Origin: Longimicrobiales bacterium
GTDB taxonomy: Bacteria; Gemmatimonadota; Gemmatimonadetes; Longimicrobiales; Gaopeijiaceae
DNA: 64,000 nucleotides
Assembly (NCBI GenBank): GCA_965248195.1
Contig: CBDFIQ010000002.1
Span: forward strand, 1,600,001-1,664,000
Direction of reading: 5' to 3'
The position numbers and the translations under genes are program-made. Below the pieces are notes generated by a model. The model saw only the letters and a program-made list of their open reading frames with translations, was not told the DNA's origin and searched no databases. Of this stretch, positions 10,188 through 19,098 are shown in pieces (position 1 is the stretch's first letter; each line of letters starts with the position of its first letter).

Positions 10188-10982
10188 ATGCGATTCGCGC
10201 TTATGATATTCGCCGTCGGGTTTCTGCCGGGGGTCGTCTTGGCCCAGGCGACGGACGCCGTGTTTCTCGGGGAGCTCACCTGGACCGAGGTGCGCGACGC
10301 GCTCGCTGCCGGCAGCACAACGGTGATCATCCCGACTGGTGGGACCGAGCAGAACGGGCCCCACATGGTGCTGGGAAAGCACAACTACCTCGTTCGCTAC
10401 AAAGCAGGAGAGGTCGCTCGGCGTCTGGGAAACGCGCTGGTGGCCCCGGTCATGGCGTATGTACCCGAGGGGGACGTGGATCCGCCGAGCGGACACATGC
10501 GCTTTCCCGGCACGATCACGACCCCGCCAGAGGTGTTCGAGCAGGTGCTGGAGTTCGCGGCTCGAAGCTTCAGACAGCACGGGTTCCTCGACATCGCGTT
10601 GCTCGGTGACAGCGGGGGCAATCAAGCGTCGCAGGCCGCTGTGGCTGAGCGACTCAACCAGGAGTGGGCGGCCACGCCGGTCCGCGTGCATCACCTGACG
10701 GACTTCTATCCCGGTCCGGGCGACGCCTGGCTTGTCACGCAGGGCGAACGCGAGGAGGACGTCGGCTCCCACGCCGGCATGCACGACACCGCCAGCCTCA
10801 TGTTCCTCAACCCGGCCTTGCTGCGGCTCGACGAGCTGGGGCCCGGCACGGGCGGCGACGGCAACGGCGTCAACGGAAACCCGGCCCGCTCCACGGCGGC
10901 GTACGGAGAGCAGATCCTGGAGATGCAGATCGACGCTGCCGTTCGCCAGATACGCACGCTTCGCGAACGCAGCCGGCGATAA
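10188..10982 (+). CDS. Creatininase family protein with signal peptide
   Basis: ELTWTEV, IIPTGGTEQNGPHM, DSGGN, GSHAGMHDT. Confidence 0.85.
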   Translation: MRFALMIFAVGFLPGVVLAQATDAVFLGELTWTEVRDALAAGSTTVIIPTGGTEQNGPHMVLGKHNYLVRYKAGEVARRLGNALVAPVMAYVPEGDVDPPSGHMRFPGTITTPPEVFEQVLEFAARSFRQHGFLDIALLGDSGGNQASQAAVAERLNQEWAATPVRVHHLTDFYPGPGDAWLVTQGEREEDVGSHAGMHDTASLMFLNPALLRLDELGPGTGGDGNGVNGNPARSTAAYGEQILEMQIDAAVRQIRTLRERSRR

Positions 10983-11055
10983 CGTCAACCGACTAATGGC
11001 TCCCCTGGTGGTGGGTGCGCCCGCGTTATTGCTCTGGCGGGACCAACGGCAATAA

Positions 11056-11415
11056 CTATCGGGCCTCGCCGTGGCGCCCCTCCGCTGGAGCCGACGCCGA
11101 AACCGGCGTGAAACCGCGGTTCAACACGCTTCTTCGTAGCCATGCGTTCCCTTGGGCACCGATCCAGATCAGCACACCGACCGTAAGGACCAGGTGGACC
11201 ACAATTCCCGCCTCCGCCATGAAATCGATGAAAATCTCGGGTATCAGCTGGAGCGACAGCTCGAGCGCGAGCAAAGCAAAGCCCAAGAGGAACATCCCCT
11301 TCCTCCATGCCCATAAGGGTCCGAAGACGAAGGCTGGCCAGGAGAAACCATTCTTGATGATTTCGCGTCGTCCATCGGGGTGTTCATAAACACTGTGCGT
11401 CGTGCTCGTTTCCAC
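11056..11415 (-). CDS. Small membrane protein (DUF2628-like)
   Basis: IKNGFSWPAFVFGPLWAWRKGM, two TM segments, GNAWLRRSVLNRGF; GTG start after strong AAGGAGGAG RBS. Confidence 0.7.
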   Translation of the reverse strand: METSTTHSVYEHPDGRREIIKNGFSWPAFVFGPLWAWRKGMFLLGFALLALELSLQLIPEIFIDFMAEAGIVVHLVLTVGVLIWIGAQGNAWLRRSVLNRGFTPVSASAPAEGRHGEAR

Positions 11416-11678
11416 AGGTCAGGCTCCTCCTTCGAGCTCCTCAAGCGCACCGACTTCTCCCGTGTCCCCAACGAATGAGGCTTACTCAAAGCTATACCGC
11501 CGACGCACTAGCTGTGGGAGCTTTACTTGAGGAGCCCCTCGAACGGCCCTTGCTCGACAACCCCACGTTCGGAGCGGGAGCCCGCATGAACCTCGTAGCC
11601 CCGCTGTGGTCGCTTGCGCCATTCCACTCGCGGATGGATGTTGACGTCGATCTGATCCTCCGAAGTGAGGACTGCTCG

Positions 11679-11780
11679 ATGTCCGATGCCGTCTCACGTC
11701 TGAACGCTGGGCTCGAAGGGCGCTACAGGATGCGGCGCGAGGTCGGTGAGGGCGTCCCCAAGGAGCTTTTTGCCCCATGA
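11679..11780 (+). pseudogene. Remnant N-terminus of a Ser/Thr protein kinase
   Basis: MSDAVSRLNAGLEGRYRMRREVGEG resembles Hanks-kinase starts (..RY.I.RELG.GGM) but breaks off inside the Gly-rich loop. Confidence 0.6.
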
Positions 11781-13732
11781 GATTGCACTCGGTCACGTTC
11801 GCGTTTGCTGGAAGCCTCCTCTTGGTCGCCTGCGGGCCGGCACAGGAGCAGACCGCTCGATTCCAGATCGAGGAAGCCACGATCGGGGACGTTCAGGCAG
11901 CCATCCTCGGAGGCGACCTGACCTCCACCCAGGTGGTCCAGGCGTACCTGGCCCGCATCAAGGCCTACAACGGGCCCTGCGTCAATGAGCCCCAAGGGAT
12001 CCTCGGACGGATCACCACGATCAAGCGCGCAGGTCGCATCAACGCCCTGATCACCTTGAACCTGAGGCCGGCGCGACGCACCGCCTGGGGGTTCGATGCC
12101 CGTAAGGCGCGCAGCATGACGAATGCCGTCGATGACGACCCGGGCATGCCCGACGCGCTGGAGGTTGCCGAGCAGCAGGACGCCCACTTCGCCTCCACCG
12201 GCAGTCTGATCGGACCGCTGCACGGCGTGGTGATGGCCATCAAGGACCAGTTCGACACGTTCGACATGCGCACCACCGCCGGTGCCGATGCCTTCTACGC
12301 CAACGATCGTCCCCCGCGCGACGGGACGTTCGTCACGCGGCTCCGCGAGGCCGGTGCCATCATCCTGGCCAAGGCGAACATGGGGGAGTACGCCGCTGGG
12401 GGCGTCACGGGCGTGCGGAGCTCTTTCGGGGGCACCAACTGCAACGCGTACGACACCGAACGTGATCCTGGTTCGTCGAGCGGCGGCTCCGGCAACTCGG
12501 TTTCGGCGAACCTGGTCACGTGCGCCATCGGAGAGGAGACGGGCACTTCGGTTCGCGAGCCGGCGAAGAACAACAGCGTCGTTGGGCTTGCACCGACACG
12601 TGAGCTGGTCAGTGCCGACGGGATGATCCAGAGGGGGATCACGACCAGGGTCGGACCCATTTGCCGCACCGTGGAAGACGTGGCCCGCGTGCTCGACGCC
12701 TACGCCGGCTTCGACCCGAACGACGAGCTCACTGCCTTCAGCGTGGGCCGCAAGCCCTCAGAGCCCTATCACTCGTTCGCGAGCGAGACGCGGCTCGACG
12801 GAATACGGATCGGCGTAGTTCGCGAGTACATGAGCAAGGATCTGTTTACCATCGCCGACGCGGAAACCATCGACCTGATAAACAGGGCGATCGAAGACCT
12901 TCGCGCACTCGGCGCCACGATCGTCGACCCCGGCCCGGGGGGAGCTCTGTTTCAGGACGCGGTCGACAAGTACGGACCGGTGTGGCGCAGCAACCTCTTC
13001 GTCGGGCAGTTCTCCGAGCACTTTCCGGAACAGGCCGACCACCTGCCCCTTTTGGTGGACATGTTCTTCGACCCATCCCTCGTGCCCCACGATTCGATCG
13101 GACGGCCGAGCATGAGGAACCTGGGTCCGGCCGGTGGCAATGCCGGTGGCGCCAAATACAACCTCAACACGTATCTCCAGGAGCGCGGGGACGCGAACAT
13201 CCGGAGCGTGACGGACCTGATCGACAAGGCGAATTTCTGGGACGACCCCGTGATCGAGAACCGGAAGGAGAGTCTTCAGAGAGCGGACTCGGCCACGACG
13301 CTCGCGGGTCCGGGCACCCTGCAAAATCGATTCGCCGTTCAAACGATCGTCCTCCAGACCTTCGCGGAGCTCCGCCTGGACGCCGTGGTCTACCCGACGG
13401 GCAACATTCCACCGGCGATCATCACGAGTCCTGAGGAACCCAGAAAGAACGACAGGGGCCCTGGACTGTGGACCTACATCAATAGCAGGGGCTTCCCCGC
13501 GATGACTGTCCCGGCCGGCTTCACCACCCAAATCTACGACCGGGTGCGTGACCTCACCGCGCCTGACAGCACCCGCATGACGGGGCCGGTGGCAGCGGAG
13601 CTTCCCGTCGGGATCGACTTCCTCGCGCGACCCTTCGGTGAGCCGACGCTCTTCCGGATCGCTGCGGCCTACGAGGCTAGGACGAATCACCGCATCCCCC
13701 CACCCGATTTCGGACCTCTTCCGGAGCCGTAA
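11777..13732 (+). CDS. Amidase signature family protein, probable lipoprotein
   Basis: LLVAC lipobox, GPLHGVVMAIKD, GSSSGGSG, IGEETGTSVREPA, EPTLFRIAAAYE. Confidence 0.9.
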   Translation: MRLHSVTFAFAGSLLLVACGPAQEQTARFQIEEATIGDVQAAILGGDLTSTQVVQAYLARIKAYNGPCVNEPQGILGRITTIKRAGRINALITLNLRPARRTAWGFDARKARSMTNAVDDDPGMPDALEVAEQQDAHFASTGSLIGPLHGVVMAIKDQFDTFDMRTTAGADAFYANDRPPRDGTFVTRLREAGAIILAKANMGEYAAGGVTGVRSSFGGTNCNAYDTERDPGSSSGGSGNSVSANLVTCAIGEETGTSVREPAKNNSVVGLAPTRELVSADGMIQRGITTRVGPICRTVEDVARVLDAYAGFDPNDELTAFSVGRKPSEPYHSFASETRLDGIRIGVVREYMSKDLFTIADAETIDLINRAIEDLRALGATIVDPGPGGALFQDAVDKYGPVWRSNLFVGQFSEHFPEQADHLPLLVDMFFDPSLVPHDSIGRPSMRNLGPAGGNAGGAKYNLNTYLQERGDANIRSVTDLIDKANFWDDPVIENRKESLQRADSATTLAGPGTLQNRFAVQTIVLQTFAELRLDAVVYPTGNIPPAIITSPEEPRKNDRGPGLWTYINSRGFPAMTVPAGFTTQIYDRVRDLTAPDSTRMTGPVAAELPVGIDFLARPFGEPTLFRIAAAYEARTNHRIPPPDFGPLPEP

Positions 13733-13775
13733 CCGCTTCTCGACCCCCTGAGAAACCCTTAGTTTCTGCCGACAA

Positions 13776-13849
13776 CGGGGCGTGGCGCAGCTCGGTAGCG
13801 CGCCTGCTTTGGGAGCAGGAGGTCCCCGGTTCGAATCCGGGCGCCCCGA
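13776..13849 (+). tRNA. tRNA-Pro(TGG), CCA not encoded
   Basis: Acceptor stem CGGGGCG/CGCCCCG, D-arm GCGCAGCTCGGTAGCGC, anticodon arm CCTGC-TTTGGGA-GCAGG, T-loop GGTTCGAATCC. Confidence 0.97.
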
Positions 13850-14055
13850 CTTAGGTAACTGGTTGTTAGTCATGTGGTTATAGCATACGGCTCTGCGATA
13901 TTGTCGGGAGGGGTCTCTATGTTTGACTCAATGTTGGGGCCCGAATTGGGCGGTTATAGGGCGGCTTTGGTCGGGGTTGACCTCAGCTGATCAAGGCGTG
14001 ATCGGGCGGTCTTTGAAGGAACCCAATTCACGGTAAAGTCAGTAGTTAGAGCGGA

Positions 14056-15063
14056 GTGGTCCGGATGGAAATCTCTGTCAGTGAGCTTGAGAAGGTCCCA
14101 TACCTTGTACGCATGCCCACGCACGGGCGAGCGGCGGTACTACGGCCGTTCTTCGAGCCAGAGTCTGGGGAGTGGCACTTCTATCATCCAGTCAGGCCCG
14201 GCGAACTCGGGCGAATTGCCGGAGGTGAACCGGTGGTCGGTAGCTACCTGGCTCGCGATGCCGTGGAACCTCACCGTGATTTTCCGTTCGCCCTCGGCAC
14301 GTTCGTTGTGCGCCATATCTCGTTTCCGCGAGTCGTCGAGGCTCTCGACCGATTGCAGGGTGACGTTTGTCGCTTTGCTGAGGTGCTCGCGAAATACGAC
14401 TTGATCGCGGCGCATCGATCGCACAAGACGTTCGCCGTCGGACAACTCCTCTCGTCGGAGCTCGAGTACCTGTTGCTGGTCATCCGGTCTTCGTACGACC
14501 TGTTGCAGAAGGTCGCGAAGGCTGCATCTGAGGTCGTAAAAAGTGTAGAGGACCCCGGTTCTCGCCTGATCTCTGATCTCCCCGATAGCTTCCGGAAAGT
14601 CGTGATGTCGCACGGCCAGGTTAGGACACAACAGGAGATCGAGTCAAGGTTCAACCTTCCGCCGGAACTCGCAGCTTTCTACGCCGAGGAGGCGCCGGTC
14701 TTTGAGCGACTACGTACTCTCCGCGATTCGATTGCCCATCATGGTGCGAGCCCGCCGACGATCTTCGAGACCGCTGACGGGGCGGCGATCCTGATCGCTG
14801 ACGAACCGTGGAGCCATTTCGACATTTGGTCCGAGCGTCGAGGGGCGTCGGGGCAGCTGGGTTCCGCGAGGGCGCTCTTCGCTCATCTTGTTCAACATAC
14901 TCTAGGTATGACAGCCCGGTACGTGGACGCGTATTCAGCGTGCATTGGAGTGCTCCCTGACATGACCGACGAGCTTCACTACTTCATCCGGCACCCACTA
15001 GGTCACCGATTGGTCGATTTGGAGGCGCTGATTACCTCGCCGTGGGAGGGAGCGGGTGTCTAG
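14056..15063 (+). CDS. Hypothetical protein with HEPN-like RxxxxH motif (possible Cthe_2314-like HEPN)
   Basis: LEYLLLVIRSSYDLLQK...RTLRDSIAHHG; first gene after the tRNA, followed by an attC-like site. Confidence 0.55.
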   Translation: MVRMEISVSELEKVPYLVRMPTHGRAAVLRPFFEPESGEWHFYHPVRPGELGRIAGGEPVVGSYLARDAVEPHRDFPFALGTFVVRHISFPRVVEALDRLQGDVCRFAEVLAKYDLIAAHRSHKTFAVGQLLSSELEYLLLVIRSSYDLLQKVAKAASEVVKSVEDPGSRLISDLPDSFRKVVMSHGQVRTQQEIESRFNLPPELAAFYAEEAPVFERLRTLRDSIAHHGASPPTIFETADGAAILIADEPWSHFDIWSERRGASGQLGSARALFAHLVQHTLGMTARYVDAYSACIGVLPDMTDELHYFIRHPLGHRLVDLEALITSPWEGAGV

Positions 15064-15067
15064 GGTC

Positions 15068-15167
15068 GGCTACAAGCGATTGCTACTGTCGCGGTAGCCA
15101 TAAGGCTCGCACGTTTCGCTTGCGGTCACGACATTAGCCGCGCAGCGGAATCGCAGAGACGTTAGGC
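15068..15167 (+). other. Integron attC-like recombination site
   Basis: Right core GTTAGGC (15161-15167). Left arm GCGATT[G]CTACTG[T]CGCGG (15076-15094) pairs with CCGCGCAGCGGAATCGC (15138-15154) with two extrahelical bases. Left core is degenerate (GGCTACA). Starts 4 nt after a stop codon and ends about 20 nt before the next ATG. Confidence 0.75.
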
Positions 15168-15188
15168 GGCTCGAGTTTTGGGGGCTTG

Positions 15189-15500
15189 ATGGCTGATACA
15201 TCCTTTCTTTCTCTGATCTCGCATCCCGAGAACGCTCTCTTAGAGTTCAAGAGAAAGTGGCACGATCTGTCCAATCGGTCAGGGAAAGCAGAGTTCACAA
15301 AGGACGTGCTAGCGATGGCGAACGCCGTTACAGAGGGTGAGGTCGCACACATCATCTTTGGAATAGACGACCAGAAGGCAGGAGGGACAGCCGATCGCGA
15401 TCCAGATCGCTCCGGTGTGCCCAGACGCGTAACTTCGGCCGCACCAGGACTCCCGATTCAAGGCCTTCGAGAACCTCGGTTAGATCAAACGAACAGATGA
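15189..15500 (+). pseudogene. Truncated AlbA_2/Schlafen-domain protein
   Basis: PENALLEFKRKW...AEFTKDVLAMAN....HIIFGIDD; similarity ends at about 15390, where the sequence becomes the antisense of the next gene. Confidence 0.7.
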
Positions 15501-15798
15501 ACTCCGCAGGCCCGGAGCCTAGGGGGAGCACCAAGACGTCGATCTGCCGGTCCTCAAACATCTTGTCCACTGCGCTGGCAGAGAGCTTCTTGGCTCGCTT
15601 GCCGAGCTTCCTCGCAAAGTCAGAGGCTCCTTCCGCCAGGGCCTGGCTTCTCTCCTTCAGCTGATCCCAACGGGCTGTCTCTTCGCCTTCGTTTTCAGGA
15701 GCAGGGTCAGTTGGCTTAGCAGGGCGACCGCAGTGGATACACGCAGGGGCGAGATCGGAGACGTCCTTACCGCAATCTTCACACTGAACGAGAGCCAA
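15352..15798 (-). CDS. Zinc-ribbon domain protein, probably C-terminally truncated
   Basis: MALVQCEDCGKDVSDLAPACIHCGRP (CxxC...CxxCG); its 3' end overlaps the convergent AlbA_2 fragment. Confidence 0.65.
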   Translation of the reverse strand: MALVQCEDCGKDVSDLAPACIHCGRPAKPTDPAPENEGEETARWDQLKERSQALAEGASDFARKLGKRAKKLSASAVDKMFEDRQIDVLVLPLGSGPAEFICSFDLTEVLEGLESGVLVRPKLRVWAHRSDLDRDRLSLLPSGRLFQR

Positions 15799-16114
15799 TC
15801 CGAGCAGTCCGGTTGAGAGTTCGGCGACGCGTGATGATACTTATAGTCTGCGCTGGACTGGCTGGATCACGCAACTGGCTCGCCTTGTGTCCATCGACAC
15901 CGTGTGAGAGGGAAGGGGGGCACCTTTTCGCGATCGCCGCCCTACGTATTCAACATGCGGTTGGGATAAACGGCGCACCTCCCTCTCGGGCCTCAACGCC
16001 AATCGTCTGACCGTTCGTCCTGATCACGATATGATCTCCGTCTTCGTCGTTTGCAGCAGTCAGTCCATCGGCTTCGGAACCTGTCAACGACAATGGGACA
16101 CTCTACGGGATTAA

Positions 16115-17122
16115 TTAGAGAGCAATATCCTGTGTGGTGAGGGAAGGGATGGGAGGATTGATGTAGACGGCCTCCGGGAGCGGTTTGGGCTTCGGCACAC
16201 CTGTGACGAAGCGTTCGGGATGAGCGGCCCATGCTTCGCGGAGCACGGATTTCCTGCCGGCAATGACCTGATCGGCGTTCCCGAAGTGGACCTGCTCGGG
16301 GGTTAGCATCGAGATACCGCCATGGCGGTGCTCGGCATTGTACCAGCGGAAGAACGATCGACACAACGTCTTGGCCTGGCCCTGATCCCCGAACCGCCCG
16401 GGAAACGAGGGATGGTACTTCAAGGTTTTGAACTGAGCCTCGGAAAACGGGTTGTCATCCGACACCTGAGGCCGGCTCAACGAGCGAGTCACGCCGAGGT
16501 CAGCGAGAAGTTGAGCGGTGCATTGGCTCGTCATTGGAGCTCCCCGATCCGAGTGCAGGGTCAGGACCCGGGGCTGGACGCCATGCTTCAGGCAGCTCTG
16601 CTGGATCAACCGGCCGGCCAGGGCCGAGTTCTCCCGGTCCGCCACCATCCAGCCCACGACGTAGCGGCTGTAGATGTCCATGATGACGTAGAGGTAGTAA
16701 TAGCTCCACTTCTTCGGCCCGAGTAGCCGCGTGATATCCCAGGACCACACCTGGTTCGGCGCCGTGGCCATCAACTCGGGCTTCTTGTACTCGGGATGGG
16801 TGCGCTGCGCCCGGCGTTCCTGAACCGGCACCTCGGAGGCCAGAACACGATACATCGTGCGTTCGCTGCACAGGTAGACCTCTTCGTCGAGCAGCGTGGC
16901 CACCACCTCGGCGGGTGAGCGGTCCACGAACCGCTCCGAACACAGCGTGTCGAAGACCTCGCCTCGTTCCGTCTCGCTCAATGCCCGGGCGGGCGTCGGG
17001 CGGGGCTGCCGTTGCCCGGTCGATGGGCCTCGACGACGGTAGAACGTCGATCGGGAGACCTCGAGAGCCGCGCACGCCGGTTTTACACCGACGTGCTTAG
17101 CCAGCTCATCGGCCGCCTTCAA
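16115..17122 (-). CDS. IS3-family transposase OrfB (rve/DDE)
   Basis: APNQVWSWDIT, IMDIYSRYVVGW, LHSDRG, DNPFSEAQFKTLK, WYNAEHRH. Confidence 0.95.
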   Translation of the reverse strand: MKAADELAKHVGVKPACAALEVSRSTFYRRRGPSTGQRQPRPTPARALSETERGEVFDTLCSERFVDRSPAEVVATLLDEEVYLCSERTMYRVLASEVPVQERRAQRTHPEYKKPELMATAPNQVWSWDITRLLGPKKWSYYYLYVIMDIYSRYVVGWMVADRENSALAGRLIQQSCLKHGVQPRVLTLHSDRGAPMTSQCTAQLLADLGVTRSLSRPQVSDDNPFSEAQFKTLKYHPSFPGRFGDQGQAKTLCRSFFRWYNAEHRHGGISMLTPEQVHFGNADQVIAGRKSVLREAWAAHPERFVTGVPKPKPLPEAVYINPPIPSLTTQDIAL

Positions 17123-17568
17123 GAGTTCGTCCCGTCGTCGAGGCTTATCCCCAGCAGCCCCGCAACTTTTCCCTGCACGTCGATGATCAGGTGTGCCTTC
17201 CTGAGCTCATTCTCGAGCCGTGCGTTTTGCCGCTCCAGCTTGCGTACCTTCTCATCCAGCGGATTCCGCTCCGGCTTGCGGCCGCGTTTCTTCGACAGGG
17301 CCTTCAGCGACCCGCTATGCGCCGCCTTGCGCCACGTCGTCAGGTGCGACGAGTACAGGCCCTCGCGCCGCAGGAGCTGACCCACCTCGCCGGGCTCGGT
17401 GCACCGGTCCGCTTCTTCGACGATCCGCAGCTTGTACGATGGACTGAACCGCCGGCGTAGCGGCCTATCTACTACCTCCGGGTCCGCAGGAGCTGCCGCG
17501 CTTCGCTTGGCCTCCCCGATTCCAGGGGCACTACCATTCTCTTCCATTCTCTCTCGCAGTCCCAACAT
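17119..17568 (-). CDS. IS3-family transposase OrfA (HTH)
   Basis: RRRFSPSYKLRIVEEAD...LLRREGLYSSHLTTWR plus C-terminal coiled coil; stop overlaps the OrfB TTG (TTGA). Confidence 0.9.
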   Translation of the reverse strand: MLGLRERMEENGSAPGIGEAKRSAAAPADPEVVDRPLRRRFSPSYKLRIVEEADRCTEPGEVGQLLRREGLYSSHLTTWRKAAHSGSLKALSKKRGRKPERNPLDEKVRKLERQNARLENELRKAHLIIDVQGKVAGLLGISLDDGTNS

Positions 17569-17762
17569 GTTCGTTTTCTCTGCCTTCGCCCTACTCTAAT
17601 TCTTTGCGTGCTCCGTGTCTCACGTACGTTGGCAGAGAGGGGTGGGCGCAAGCAGGAATGGCGTGATTACCTTTTGTCTCCCTTGCAGCCAACGGGCAAG
17701 TAGACTGATACACTCACCCCGGCCGAAAGCAAAACCCTAGCCCTCAACAAGGAGTATCACCC

Positions 17763-17927
17763 ATGCCCATTACCGATAGCGAGAAGGCCCGACGCCGACG
17801 CCTGCTTAAAGCCCACTATGATGTTGAGAACAGCCACGACATGAGCGGTATTATGGCGACCTTCTCACCCGATGGTGACCGGACGCATCCAGTAAGGGCG
17901 CCCGTTCTGTTATTCTTAGGCACCTAG
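17763..17927 (+). pseudogene. Truncated SnoaL/NTF2-like protein fragment
   Basis: Strong RBS AAGGAG; MPITDSEKARRRRLLKAHYDVENSHDMSGIMATFSPDG then loses similarity and stops at 54 aa. Confidence 0.5.
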
Positions 17928-18330
17928 ACTTGACCCTCTGCTCCAAGATCAGGGGTCCGTTGGCTCAGACATTGGGTTACCGGCCTAACTGTGTCAGTTG
18001 ATGTGTCGGTCTGAAGCGTATTCAGAACTTCCTGTGACGTTTGGGGGAGGGACGACGGTCTACCCGGTAAGCTCCTGGGCCACCCGCTATTCCAGCCAGA
18101 GGTCGCCGAAGCGTTTCACCGCGGCCTTGAACCCGGGACCTCCTGCTATGTCAACAGGAGGTGTCAATCTGGTCCACCGGTATCTGAACAGTTGAATACC
18201 CTTGCTCGGTCTCCCCGGATTAAGATTAGGGGGGCGGAGCATCCGACGCGGAGTCTCGGGGTACTGCTGGACCGGAGTAGGTGTTGGGGGGTAGGCGCGA
18301 CGATACTGACTGTTGCTTTGGAGGGGCGTT

Positions 18331-18624
18331 ATGGCAGGAAAGAAGAAGGCCCGGTTTAGTAGAGCGAGCATCGAAGCACTAGCCCAGGAAAAGCCGGTCG
18401 TGTACAAGATCCGCAACCGAAGCGGAACCAACACATATACTGGCGTGGCAAAGAAAGGACGGGTCGCGGATCGGCTAAAGGAACATCTGCCCGGAGGTCC
18501 GGATCCCATCCCGGGTGCCGCGAGTGTGGAGATCAGACAAATGAGCTCGATCGCCGAGGCGAGAGAGGCAGAAGCCCGGAGCATCAAGAGGTCTAAGCCC
18601 AAGCACAACAAGGTGGGGAAGTGA
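18331..18624 (+). CDS. Small stand-alone GIY-YIG nuclease-family protein
   Basis: VVYKI...TYTG...RLKEH...AEARSIKRSKPKHN; RBS GGAGGGG. Confidence 0.7.
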   Translation: MAGKKKARFSRASIEALAQEKPVVYKIRNRSGTNTYTGVAKKGRVADRLKEHLPGGPDPIPGAASVEIRQMSSIAEAREAEARSIKRSKPKHNKVGK

Positions 18625-19098
18625 AGCGACGCTGTCTGTTGATCGACCTACACCGAAGTCACGCCACTCGATAGCGATCGGGAAGGTTGGGGATCAACCC
18701 CGATGACGTTCGGGCGCACCTGCTCGCCCAACAGGAGGTCGCCACTAGAGCGCGCTTGCTAAACCAGCAGGAGGTGTCACCGTGGTTCGCCGGTATCAGA
18801 ACCGTCGGAACCCCCTGTGATTACTGGATTTTCGATTCGCCAACCGAAAACGCTCCCATCCAAGACTCAACGTTAGACGAGCTCATGGGGCGTGTTCGGG
18901 TTGCCCGGCAAAGGATCACGGTCCTGGAGGCCGAGGCGGGGTGACTTGGAGGGGGCTCCGTCTCCGGAGTGTCGCCGCCGTCGAAGCGTTTGACCGGGCC
19001 CTGCCGGGAGGATAGTCATGAAGGTTCCTCTCCGATCCCCAGGGTCGTGCCCGGGGGCGAGACACGCAGGCTGTCACCTTCTTCTTCTGGGGGACGTC

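Larger units (their letters stand above)
16082..17634 (-). mobile_element. IS3-family insertion sequence (1553 bp)
   Basis: TG...CA termini; imperfect IRs TGTCAACGACAATGGGACAC / revcomp TGCCAACGTACGTGAGACAC (14/20); orfA plus orfB. No target duplication seen. Confidence 0.9.

Noticed and set aside
17983..17989. GCCTAAC as a further attC core
   Set aside because: No complementary arm or partner core was found at a suitable distance.
18687..18944. 85-aa ORF after the GIY-YIG gene
   Set aside because: No recognisable motif; probably a fragment, and I cannot support a call.
13850..19000. Intact tRNA-integrated element with integrase and attR
   Set aside because: No integrase was found, and I saw no duplicate of the tRNA 3' end; only a degraded island is supported.
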